Notes under the pieces: model-generated
What the model saw: the letters and a program-made list of their open reading frames with translations, nothing else
Told to the model about the DNA's origin: nothing
The model's database searches: none
Assembly: GCF_036321535.1 (NCBI RefSeq)
Contig: NC_087472.1
Span: forward strand, 96,784,001 to 96,848,000
Direction of reading: 5' to 3'
Origin: Camelus dromedarius
Taxonomy: Eukaryota
DNA: 64,000 bases
Translations under genes and position numbers: made by a program
Shown here: in pieces, positions 1 through 12,210 of the stretch
Numbering within the stretch: position 1 is the stretch's first letter
How the letters are laid out: each line of letters starts with the position of its first letter

Positions 1-506
1 GCTGGGTTGACCCTTAGGAAACTCAACTTCTTAAAAGTTCCCCAAGCTGATAAAGCCTGGGGCACCAGATTCTGCTCTATCAGGTCACATAGATTGTTTG
101 TGCAAATGTTGTGATTTATGGCAAACGCCTCATTTCCTCCTGGGAATTGTGAATTTTGGTAGTTGCGAGGCAGGGGCTGCCTATATGACCAGCCCCCAAT
201 AAAAATCTTGGGTGCTGAGTCTCTATAATGGATTTCCCTAAGGTAGAAGCTTGCACATATGTAGCTGCACTTTTTCTGCTGGGAAGAGGAAGATGCTCGT
301 GGATCCCTCCCAGGCTGGGAGGGAGAGAGCCTCTGAAGCTTGTGCCTGGATTTTTCCAGACTCTGCCTTTGTCTTTTTCCCTTGCTCGCCTTGTATATCC
401 TTTGCTGTGAAACTAAGCCACAAGGACAACTGCGTGCTGAGTCCTGTGAGTCATTTCAGTGAATCGCCGAATGTGTGGATAATCTTGGGGGGACCCCCCC
501 ATACAG
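1..506 (+). mobile_element. ERV LTR, MER21-like
   Basis: TGACCAGCCCCCAATAAAA motif and a GGGGGACCCCC..ACA terminus. Confidence 0.65.
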
Positions 507-2003
507 CATGTTGAAATGGTATTTGTTTTATTTATGTAATGCCATCTTCCCCTCTGCTTTAGAGGAAAAACATAAATAAAAGGACTATTATATTTATTTA
601 CATTAAATATTTCCAGGTCACAAGACATTAAAAAACAGGTTTTATTTGTATTCCTTAAGCAAAGAGAAAGTAGTTTTTGAAAGCCACCGAAAACTCTTAA
701 GCTCCCTTGTTTAGACCAAATTAGTGATTGGATTTTTTTTCTGATTCTCACAATAGAGTCTTTCTTCCTTCCCTCGGGCTATGGAGGCAAGCTATTTGGG
801 CTAGTTCATAAGTAAATAGGTCATAAACTGCTCTCCATTCAAAAGTGACGTACTTATTAAAGCATTTATTTGTCCTACAGAGAGAGCACTAGCTCATTTC
901 AAATATTGTTCACAGCCTAGATCCGAACGTTAAAGAGTACACATTGCACATTTTGTTTTAAACACAATAGTTTGTTTGTTTTTTGATGGTGCCATAAATA
1001 TTTCCCTGGGAAAGCACTACCAGATAGGCAAAGCTTTTACATTGTGTGGGATCATAGACCTAAATGTAAGCACTAAAACTAGAACTCTCAGAGGACAACA
1101 TAGGACTAAATCTTGGTTAAGGAGTAAATCATGACCTTGGATTGGACAATGGTTCCTTTGATACAACACCAAAAGCACAAGTGACAGGATAGATAAATTG
1201 GGCTACCTCAGAATTTTAAAACTTTAGTGCTATAAACAATATTAACAAGAAAATTTAAAGATAAGCCATTGAATGTGGAAAATATTTGTAAGACATATAT
1301 CTGATAAGAGACTGTATTCAGATATATAAAAAACTTTTATAACTCAACAATAAAAAGACAAAAAACCTAATTAAAACTGGACAGAGGATTTGAACAGACA
1401 TTTTTCCAAAGAAGATATACTAATGGCCAATAAACACATGAAAAAGATGTTCAGTATCCTTAGTCATTAGGGTGATACAGATGAAAACCACAATGAGATA
1501 CCACTTTACATCTACTAGGATGGCTATAATAAAAGACAGACTATAACAAGTGTTGATGAGGCTATGGAGAAAACAGTCCAGCAGAACCTCATATTATTAA
1601 GCCTGGAGTTATCATATGACCCAGAAATTCCATTCCTAGGCATATAATCAAGAGAAATGAAAACGCAGTCTTCATAAAAACTTGTACACAGATGTCCATA
1701 GCATAATTATTTATAACAGCCAAATAGTAGAAACAACTAAATGTCCATCAACAGATGAATAAACAAAATGTATTTTCACATAGTGGTATATTATTCAGCC
1801 ATGGAAAGAAATGACATAGTGATACATGCTACATCAGTGACACTTGAAAACATTATGCTAAGTGAAAGAAGCCAGTTATATACTGCATTGTAAGACTGCA
1901 TATTGTATGATTCCATTTATTTGAAATGTCCAGAATAGGCAAATCCATAGAGACAGAAAGTAATGGTTGCTTGGGACTCTGGAGGGTGGGAGTGGAGTTG
2001 AGT

Positions 2004-2377
2004 GTATCAGTCAGGATTCAACTAGAGAAACAGAACAAGTGGAGATCTGTATTGAGAGGTTTATTGCAAGGAATTGGTTCAGGTGATTGTAGGGATTAGC
2101 TAGGCAAGTCCAAAATACATAGGGCAGGCATCAGGAAGGGTAGGCTGGAACTTTCAGGCATGAGCTGAAGCTGCAGTCCATAAGTGGAGTTTCTTCTTTA
2201 GGGAAACCTCAGTTTCTGCTCTTAGGCCTCTCAACTGATTGAATCAGGCCCACTTAAAATCAACTGATTATAGACTTTAATCATACCTACAAAATAACCT
2301 TCACAGCAATACCTGGATTACTGTTTGAACACCTAGGGACTGTAGTCCAGCCAAGTTGATACATAAAACTGAGCATC
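2004..2377. mobile_element. MLT2-type LTR nested in L1
   Basis: TGTATCAGTCAGGATTC...GTTGATACATAAAACTGAGCATCA termini. Confidence 0.7.
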
Positions 2378-2845
2378 ATGGGGTGGGTATGGAGGGTGAA
2401 TGACCACTAGTGGATTTCTTTTTGAGGTGATGAAAATGTTCCAAAATTGTGACGATGGTTGCACAACTCTGAATATGTGGAAAACTGTTGAATTGTATAC
2501 CTTAAATGGGAGAATTGTATGGTTTGTGAATTATATAAAGATTAAAAAAAAAAACTGTGTGTACTTGCATACCCATGTTCATAGCAACACTGATCACAGT
2601 AGCCAGGAGGTGGAAGCAAGTGTCCATTGACAGATGAATGGATAAACAAAATGTGATATATCCATATAATGGAATACTACTGACCTTAAAAAGGAAGGAA
2701 ATACAAAATAATTTTTTTTAAAAGAAAAGAAATCCCATCACATGCTACAATGTGGGTGAACCTTGAAGACATTATGCTAATTGAAGTAAAGTCAGTCACA
2801 AAAGGACAAATACTGTGTGATTCCACTGATACGCTATCTAAAGCA

Positions 2846-3730
2846 CAGTAGTCCCCCCCCTTATCTGTGGTTTCACTTTCTGCAGTTTCCCTTACCCAGT
2901 TTCAGTTACCATGTCAACCGAGGTCCAAAAATATTACATGGAAAACTATAGAAATAATTCATAAGTTTTAAATTAGCATTATGAGTAGCATGATGAAATC
3001 TTGTGCCATCCTGCCTGAGACATGAATCATCCCTTTAGCCAGCATATCCACGCTGTATATGCTAACTGCCTGTTAATCATTTTGGTAGTCATGTAGGCTG
3101 CCAGATGGACTGTGGTGGTATCATGGTACTTGTGTTCAAGTGCAGTGCAGGCATACCTCAGATACAGCAGGTTTGGGCCCAGACTACTGTAATAAGGCAA
3201 ATATTACAATAAGGCAAGTCACGTGAATTTTTGTCTCCCAGTGCATATAAAAGTTATGTTTACACTGTGCTGTGGTCTGTTAAGTGTGCAATAGCATTAT
3301 GTCTAAAAAAACAATGTACGTACCTTAATTAAAAATAGGTTATTGCTAAAAAATGCTAACCATCATCTGAGCTCTCAGCAAGTCATAACCTTTTAATAAT
3401 AGTAGCATCAAAGATCACAGATCACCATAACAAGTATAATAATAATGAAAAAAATGGAAATATTGCAAGAAATACCAAAATGTGGCATAGAGACATGAAG
3501 TGAGCAAATGTTTGGAGAAATAGCACTGATAGACTTGCTATCACAGGGTTAGACACAGGATTGCCACAGACCTTCAATTTGCAAAAAAAAATGCAGTATC
3601 TGCAAGGTACAATAAAGTGAAGCCAATAAAACAAATTATGCCTGTATATAGGGTTCGGTACTATCTGTGGTTTCAGGCATCCACTGGGGGTCTTGGGACA
3701 TATCCCAGTGGGTAAGAGGGGTCTAGTGTA
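2846..3730. mobile_element. MER44/Tigger-type DNA transposon with a nested Tigger1-like element (~3148-3645)
   Basis: Outer TIR-like CAGTAGTCCCCCC / GGGGTCTAGTG; inner CAGGCATACCTC / TATGCCTG. Confidence 0.7.
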
Positions 3731-4630
3731 GTCAAACTCAGAAACAGAAAGACTGATAGTTGCCAGGAGCGGGGAGGAGGGGGAGATGGGGAGCTCTTGT
3801 TTAATGGGTACAGTTTCAGATTTGTAAAATGAAAAAATTCTGGAGATCTGTTGCATAACAATGTAAATATACTTAACACTACTGAGCTATATACTTAGAA
3901 ATGGTTAAGACAGTAAATTGTATGTTGGTTTTTTATCACAATTTTAAAAATGAAAAAAAAAAGACTGTCCTGCATTGCACTAGCAGCACCCCTGTTAACT
4001 GTGCCCCAACACCCTGTCTGTCCCATACCGTGTTGTACATAGTCTCTGAAATTAGAATGAGGGAATTTCTCAAAATGTAATAAAAGCCTACACTTAGGGA
4101 GTTCCAGTGATATTGGCTCAATTATTTCTATTTGTGGCTTATTTATTAACCTGTTTCTAGAAAGCTGATGGTATTTAGAGATGGTGAGTTCACATGATAA
4201 AAATTTGAGGTAGTGTTTACATTTGTTTTTTCTAATTAACCAAGACAGCTGCTAAAAGCAAGTAAAAACCTGGTCTTGAATGATCAAAATGTGGCTGCCT
4301 GGCCCTTCTCTGAATTTGGTGGACTGCTGGGGGTTTGTCTTCAGGGAAATGATGCAGAGCCCAGACCTGTGGTACCCGCCTGACTATGTCCCCTATGGTA
4401 TTGTGATTCTGTCTGACCCCGTTTTCAGGCTGATAGTGAGGAAGAAGAGCAACTCATGCTAAAGCCTTGAACCCTGGTATTCCCACTTCCTGGTTTACCC
4501 CTTTCATCTTTAAGATCTTTTGCCAGTTGCCACAGTTGATAGATTCATCCAGAGGGAGGGGCAGCTGGAACTGGTGAGGCCAGCAGGCTGAGGGCCCTGC
4601 TCTTTCTGCCAGGAATGCCTTTGCCTTAAC

Positions 4631-4835
4631 CCAGTGGTTCTCAATCAGGCGATTCTGCTCCTCAGGTGACACTTGGCAATGTCTGAAGACATTTCTGGTT
4701 GTCTCAACTATGGAGAGGGGGTGCCACTGGCATCTCGTGGGCACAGGCCAGGGATGTCCAGTGCACAGGACAGCCTTACAACAAAGAACGATCTGTCCCC
4801 AAATGTCAGTAGTACTGGGAGTGAGCAACCCTGCC
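4631..4835. mobile_element. MER20-like hAT element
   Basis: CAGTGGTTCTCAA...GAGCAACCCTG ends and typical internal sequence. Confidence 0.7.
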
Positions 4836-5519
4836 CTGGGCCTTTGCAAGGCTAGCTCCTTGACATCCAGGTCTTGACCTAAATTGATCTTTTGTTGGGT
4901 GGGTTCTGATCAGCCAGTGTAAAGGTAGTTTTATTTCCCTCATTGCACTATCACTATATTTTGTCTATCTTTTGTCTACACCATCTTTCCCCCACATACA
5001 ATATACTAATATATAAATTCCAAAAGCCTACAAAGATTAGAGACCTCACTCCTCTTCACTGCTGTATCCCTAGCTTCTTGCATAGTCTTTGGGACCTAGT
5101 GAAATGAATCAGTATTTGTTTCATCAATGAATCAAAAGGACTTGACTAGCTCTAGAAACTTGGCCTCCTCCATGACCCCCAGGGCATGCCAGCTCCTTTT
5201 TCTTAGTCCTAAAATCCCTGGTCCCTTCCTGCCTCCCCAACTCCTCCTCTTACCATGGTGGAATGGGGGAGGAGTGAAATTCTTGGAGGAAGCAGACCTG
5301 CAGGGCTCAGGGGAAGTCTCTGGAGCATTTACCACCAGAGGAGTGGCGGAGAGGAAGGACTCATGGGAAATAAAAAAAGCTAAGTGGGAAGGGCAAGGTG
5401 GAAGAGTCTGAGTTTGCCTGGCCATTCAACATCTTCAAATGAGAAAGAAAGGAATTAATATTTATTGAGTGCTTTTTAGGTACAGGGCAAAATAATCTCA
5501 TTTAATCATTTTAATTCTT

Positions 5520-5951
5520 CTTTTTTTCCCTTTTATTCAATTAAAAAAATTAAAGTATAGTTGATTTATAATGTGTTAGTTTCTGGTTTGTATGATTCAG
5601 TCATACATATATATACATGTTCTTTTTCATTATAGGTTATTACAAGATATTGAGTATAGTTCCCTGTGTTTATCTATTTTATATATAGTAGTTTGTATCT
5701 GCTAATCCCAAACTCCTAGTTGATCCCTCCCTTTCCCCTTTGGTAACTATGAGTTTGTTTTCTATTTCTGTGAGTCTGTTTCTGTTTTATAAATAAATTC
5801 ATTTGTATCATTTTTTAGATTCCACATGTAAGTGATATCATGTGATATTTGTCTTTGTCTGATTTACTTCACTTAGTATGATAATCTCTAGATCCATTCA
5901 TGTTGCTGCAAATAGCATTACTTCATTCTTTTTTATGGCTGAGTAATATTC

Positions 5952-5993
<42 letters not shown>

Positions 5994-6672
5994 ACAACTT
6001 CTTTGTCCAGTCATCTGTCAGTGGATATATAAGTTGCTTCCATGTCTTGGCTATTGTTAATAGTCCTGCTTTGAACACTGAGGTGCATGTATCTTTTTGG
6101 ATTAGAGTTTTCTCTGGATATATGCCCAGGGTGGGATTGCTGGATCGTATGGTAGGTCTGTGTTTAGTTTTTTAAGGAACCTCCATACTGCCCTCCATAA
6201 TGGCTGTATCAAACTACATTCCCACCAACAGTGTAGGAGGGATCCCATTTCTCCACACCCTCTCCAGCAGTTTATTGTTTGTGGACTTATTAATGATGGC
6301 CATTCTGACCAGTGTGAGGTGATATCTCATTGTAGTTTTGATTTGCATTTCTCTGATAATTAGCAATGTTGAGCATCTTTTCATGTGCCTATTGGCCATC
6401 TGTATGTCTTCATTGGAGAGATGTCTGTTTAGGTCTTCTGCCAATTTTTTGATTGGGTTTTTTTTTGTTATTGAGTTGTATGAGCTTTTTTATATTCTGG
6501 AAATTAAGTCCTTATCAGTTGCATCATTTGCAAATATTTTCTCCCAGTCTTTAGGGTTATCTTTTCATTTTGTTTATGGTTTCCTTTGCTGTGCAAAAGC
6601 TTGTAAGTTTAATTAGGTCCTATTTGTTTATTTTTGCTTTTATTTCTATTGCCTTGGTAGACTGACCTAGGA
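5520..6672 (-). mobile_element. L1 3' fragment with a (TG)n tract at ~5954-5991
   Basis: ORF 6214-6444 resembles the ORF2 C-terminus ([25 protein letters not shown]). Confidence 0.9.
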
Positions 6673-7319
6673 ACTTTTAATACTTCTGAGATGAGGACAC
6701 TCAAGTCTGGCATAATCAATTAACATGTATAAGACCACACAACTAGCAAGTGGCAGAGTTGAGATTTAAATCGAGGGTTATGTGATTCTAAAGACCAAAC
6801 TTGTTGACTCCTTTGCAGAGATCAGATAAGATGAATACTGTCCTTAAAGAGCTTCCAATCTGGTGCAGGGTTGGGGGAGGTAGGCCCCCAAATTAGCATG
6901 TGAAAGTTGTAGTGGGTATGACCTCTTCACCAACTTGGAGGTACAAGTGTCACTTCCCTGTAATCAAGTTAATAACTTGATTACAATTGGCTCAAACACC
7001 CACATACCCAAATTAGTAGTCAGTCCAGTATTGTACCCTCTCTCTCAAACCCCCCACCAAACTATATTCAAGAACCTCAGGGGTTTACAAGATCTGAATT
7101 GGTCAGTCCTAAATGAAAGGCAGACATGTGGTCATTACTACCTGGTCACTACTGAAATTAGTCATTGCCAGAGCTGGAGTGGTGGCCCAAGATTGCGACT
7201 GTTAATATTCAGGTAGCTGGTTTCTACTCATGGACTCAGCCATTGTCCCAGAGGGAGTCCCCATGCCAAGATAGTTCCAACATCAGGCATGTACCAAACC
7301 TGCTATGATCAGATATGGC

Positions 7320-7820
7320 CACAGCAATATTTCTGGTTCCACATGTTCTTGTAGAACCTGACTGTCCTCCCACCAAAAGAATCTAATTCTCTTCCCTTTG
7401 AAAGTGGGCCAACCTTAGTGATTTCCTCATATCAAATTGGATGCAGCAGAAATGAGCTGCATGACTTCTGAGGTTAGGTCATAGAAGGCGATGGGGCCTC
7501 CAGCTGATTACTTTGCTATGCTCGCCCTCAGAACCCAGTCACCATGCTGTGAGGAAGCCAGAGTTGCATGGAGAGACCACGTATAGGTGTTCCACTGACA
7601 GTTCCAGCCGCAGTCTGGCAGACAGCCAGCATCAACTGTTGGACATGTGAGTAAGCCCTCCATCAAGTCCTCCAGCTGAGACATAGTGGAGCAGCAACAA
7701 CCTGTCCCTGATGAGGTGTGTTGGAATTGACGACTCACAGAATCCTTGAGCATAAATAAATGGTTGTTTTTCCGCTCCCATGTTTTGGGGTAATTTGTTT
7801 TACTGCCATTGCAATGGAAA
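7320..7820. mobile_element. MLT1 (MaLR) LTR
   Basis: CATGCTGTGAGGAAGCC and AATAAATGGTTGTTTT motifs. Confidence 0.65.
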
Positions 7821-8229
7821 CCCCACGTATCACCTGTGAGATTTTCAGCTCTGCCACTGAGATCAACAGTCCAGATATCCCCATCTTCATTGTTTTCAAG
7901 GGCCTAGTCAAAGGTCAACTATGCTCATTCTGATGCCTCCCAGGGAGATTTCATCTGTTGTGCCTCTGTTTTAACATAATGTTTGCCATGGAAAGCTAGC
8001 TACTTGTGTCTGCCTGCCTGATCGACTGTGAGCTGTCTTGGAGGACGGGCCCACATTGTATTTGCTGTCTTCACTGGCACCTGATATATGGCAAGGCTAA
8101 CAGCTCCTTCTCTACTCACCGCATGAACCATTGACTCCAAATTCAACCCCCTTATACAGTAGCAGACCTCTTCAGTGGCTTTGTTTTGTCCATATGTATG
8201 TTTGTATCTTTTCTTTAAAAACAATTCCT

Positions 8230-8625
8230 ATATATACATACAATGGAACATTATTCAGCCTTAGAAAGAATGAAATTCCAACACATGCTATCACATGGAT
8301 GAACCTTGAAGACATTATGCTAAGTGAAATAAGCCAGACACAAAAGGACAGGTGCCATATGATTCTACTTATATGAGGCATGTAGAGTAGTCAAATTCAC
8401 AGAGACAGAAAGTAGGTTGGTGATTGTTGGGGGGCTGCAGAGAAGGGAATGGGGGCTTAGTGTTAAAATCAGGAGAGTTTCAGTTTGGGAAGATGAAGAG
8501 TTCTATGGATGGATGGTTGTGATGGTTGTACAACAAGGTGAGTGTATTTAATGACACTGAACTGTACACTTAAAATTGGTTAAATTGATAAATTTTATGT
8601 TACGTCAGTTTTACCACATTAAAAA
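8230..8625 (+). mobile_element. L1 3' UTR fragment
   Basis: WMNLEDIMLSEISQTQKD motif and L1MB-type tail. Confidence 0.8.
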
Positions 8626-9577
8626 ATGATTTCTATATTATCTGTTATTTCTGAATATCACCAAGAAGATATGGGACCCATACCAGAAATTCAGCCCTGG
8701 AAGAAGCAATGGTGATGCCTTCTGGACAGTTTCATCTCTTCCTCAGAAGACTTCCATTTAAGAGCCATGCAAGAGAAGTCACGTGCACACAATGGGAGCC
8801 TCTTCTCTTTTTATCATGTGCCACTCAGAGCCTTCACATTGAAAGTTCAGCCTGTTATCCTCCCCGTGTACTTTCCACTCCTGTGGCTTTGGGTCTGCCA
8901 GCAGATTCTAACTTGGCAAAGCTCCTAAGGCACATGTCTTAACTCTCCACATGCTCTTTGTGGTGACCCTGGACTTGGTAGTAGCATACCCAACATGCCT
9001 GACCCCTTGGCTTGAAGGAAAGAACACTGAACGAGGAGCTAGAAGGCCTGGATTCAGGTCCCAGGCCTGCGCCTCACTGCCTGTGTGGCCTCACAAGCCG
9101 TTTTACAACCATGTTCTACTCTCACTTTCCCCGACCTGTTACAAATGTATTCTGAATTATATGCTCGTAGAATGTGTGCTCGCCTACCTTTCTCCCCAGA
9201 TGAAGACTGTTAGTCATTCACTCTCATTGTGAACTGGTTTAATCAGATTACAAGAGGGTGTTGGACAGTTTTGTTGTATGGAGAAGACAGGCCTAGAAGA
9301 GGTCAGGAGTGAGGGAGGCAGAGGAACCAAGAGGAGTCTTTGGTAAGCACCATGGCAGCACTGGCTTCTAGGAACAGGGAGAGGAGTCAGGAGACTACCA
9401 GTCAGGTTAAACTACCTTTGCAGTTACACAGGAAGAGATCATGAAAACAATCTAAGGTAGGTTATCTTTGTGAGGTAGAGGACTGGTACCCTCCCTAAAC
9501 TGAGTCTGATGTCTTAAGGAGAAAAAGGGGAGGGTCTAAAACCTCTTCCCTAGTTCTTTATTTTCTGAGACCACAGC

Positions 9578-10040
9578 TGTATCACTTAGGATTGGGCTCA
9601 GCTGTGACTAATAGAGACCCTAAAACTAGTGGCTAAAAATACAGAAGTTTATTTCTCAAAAGAAGTTTAGAAGTAAGTAGTCCAGAGCTAGTGTGCCAGC
9701 TCCATGGTCATAGGGACTCAGGCCACCTTCAGCTTTCCCCTCTGTCATCTTTAGGATATAGTCTTCATCCTTATGGTCTAAGATGGCTGCTGGAGCTCCA
9801 GCCATCACATCATAGTTCCAAGCAGCAGAATAGAAGAAGAGAGGAAGGTGCACATGCCACCTCCCTTCCAAGGCTTCCCAGAACTTCCACCCATTACTTA
9901 AGCTTACTTGTTAACTGTAACTTAACCTAGCTACAGTGGAGTCTGACAAATGTAGTCTTTTAGCTGGTAAGCAATATGCCAAGTGAAAAACTGGGGTTCT
10001 TTTCATTTGGGAGAGAACTGGAGAGTAGATAGTTGGTAGG
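9578..10040. mobile_element. MLT1 LTR
   Basis: AAGATGGCTGCTGGAGCTCCAGCCATCACATC motif. Confidence 0.6.
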
Positions 10041-11219
10041 CAGCTAGGCCCTGCACCACAACTGCCTAAAAGGCAGCAATGGGCATGGTCACTAGGAAAT
10101 CCAATTCATTCAACCACACATTGCCTTAGCATTTATTGAGCAGTTGGAGTGCAACAACCACTTTTACTTTAAAACTTTAAGCTCCTTTTCATGTGTATAA
10201 AGGTATGAAATTTATCTGTCTTACCCAGCCAACAAAATTTACTGAATGCCAGCAAATGGCAGCATAGCACTGGAGAGGACAAGATGAGTAAGGTATAGCT
10301 TTTGAGCCTTCCCTCACTTTATCACTACTGCTCCTATTGCGTACATTTGTGATACTCTACACTCTCATGTTCTATAAACAGCTGTGACCTCCTGCCGGAG
10401 GGGAAATATCGAGGTGGGAGAGAGGAGGTCATGACATTTGAGGCAACACTGAGAACCCAGAAAATGTGGAATGCAGTGTGAATATCTATTGTTTCAAACT
10501 GGAGAGAGCTGTTTCCCTGAAAGGGAAAAAGTTAGATTTAGTACTAAGAATAGAGCAAGAGAAACATCGCCCCAGTGCCTTCAGCTGAGAAATGAATTTC
10601 ATTAGAGTCACAGTTATTGTCTATTGTCCCCATTGGTTGTTCTGGCTGGGCTGAGATCTGATTTCCACTTCAATTCTCACACTTGGCATTATTATTTCCC
10701 TTTGTGTAACTTTTGGGAAAAAATTCAATATGAATCAGATTTTGTTTTTGGTTCCCACCAAAGAGAGACTTTTTTTTTTAATACGCTGAGAACAGGCTCA
10801 GACTTAGATCAAAATACTTCCATCACAATGGAATACCTTTTCAGAGTGCTGTTGAGTCCTCTGCCGTTCATTGTTTCAGAGTCTGCATTTGCACGACTGT
10901 TCCCGTCCTAATTTAGAACGGAGTGCACCTGCTGCCTAAAGCTTTGACTTCCTTTTGCTCAGTCTTCCTCTTTTAGTTTTTCTTTTTATGATATTTACAA
11001 ACCTGAGATTTATTACTGGATGCTTCCCAGTCAAAAGAACCCATAGAACTCCCCAACTTCAAGGGAACAGTCAATTTCCTGATACCCAGTCTTTCTTGTT
11101 CTTACAGGCAAAGTTTGGATCTTCAGCCTTCTCAGATTTGATCCATGAGTGATCAAATTGGCTTCCAAATTTTCTTCCTTTAAATTACCCAGATTCTGTT
11201 TCTGATATTTGAAACCAAG

Positions 11220-12210
11220 ATTTTAAAAAGTTGTGGTAAAAAACACATAAAATGTACCATCTTAACCATTTTTAAGTGTACAGTTTAGTAGTAGTAAATA
11301 CATTCACATTGATATGAAAAAGATCTCTAGAACTTTTTCATCTTGCAGAACTAAAACTTTACTATTGGGAAGAAATTTCCCTCTGCCCTTCCTGGTTCTT
11401 CTGGCTGGTCTAAGAATTAAATTGACAGGAGACGGATTAATAGGAAAAAATTAAACAGAAGTTTAATAACATAATATACATGGGAGAGACGCAGGAAAGC
11501 TGAATCACTACCCAAAATGGCCTAAGCCCTCACCTTAAGTATCATCTTCAGCTAAAGACAAAAGAGGATGTTGCGGGTAGTGGTTTGGGACTTCAAAGGT
11601 GAGGAAGACAATGCACATTGGAGATGGAAAAGCAGATGTTTCATAAACAATGTTTGCTGGGGCAGACAGGGACAATGGGACACAGCAGACTCTGATCTCT
11701 AGGCCCTTCCCTTCTTGTTTTTAGCTCAAAATAATCCACTTTTTGGGATAACAAGTTTTGCTCTTCTATAATTCCCATTAAATGACAACTCCCTTTTTCT
11801 CCTTCCCCACAACCCCTGGAAATCACCATTCTACTTTCTGTTTCTATGAGTTTGACTAAATAGATACCTCATATTAATAAAGTATTTGTCTTTTGTGACT
11901 GGCTTTTTTAACTTATAATATCCTTGAGGTTCATCCATGTTGTAAAATGTGACAAGATTCTCTTCCTTTTTAAGGTTGAATAATATTCCGCTGTACATAG
12001 GTACCACATTTTGTTAATCCGTTCATCCATCGATGGATATTTGAGTTACTTCCACCTCATGCTGTTGTGAATAATGCTGCTATGAATGTGAGAGTACAAA
12101 TATCTCTTTGAGACCCTGCTTTCAACCCTTTTGGATAAATACCCAGAAGGGGAATTGCTGCATCACGCGGTAGTTCTAGTTTTCATTTTTTGAGGAACTT
12201 CCATACTGTT
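11220..12210 (-). mobile_element. L1MA-like 3' fragment interrupted by an ERV LTR (~11363-11760)
   Basis: L1 3' UTR continues on both sides; the insert resembles the LTR at 25556-26057. Confidence 0.7.

Larger units (their letters stand above)
1050..3960 (+). mobile_element. Old L1 (L1MB-like) ORF2 end and 3' UTR fragments with nested insertions
   Basis: Typical L1 3' motifs (GAACAGACATTTTTCCAAAGAAGA, CATTATGCTAAGTGAAA). Confidence 0.8.

Noticed and set aside
10560..11219. Purine-rich minus-strand stretch resembling decayed coding sequence
   Set aside because: Multiple stops and no identifiable parent protein.
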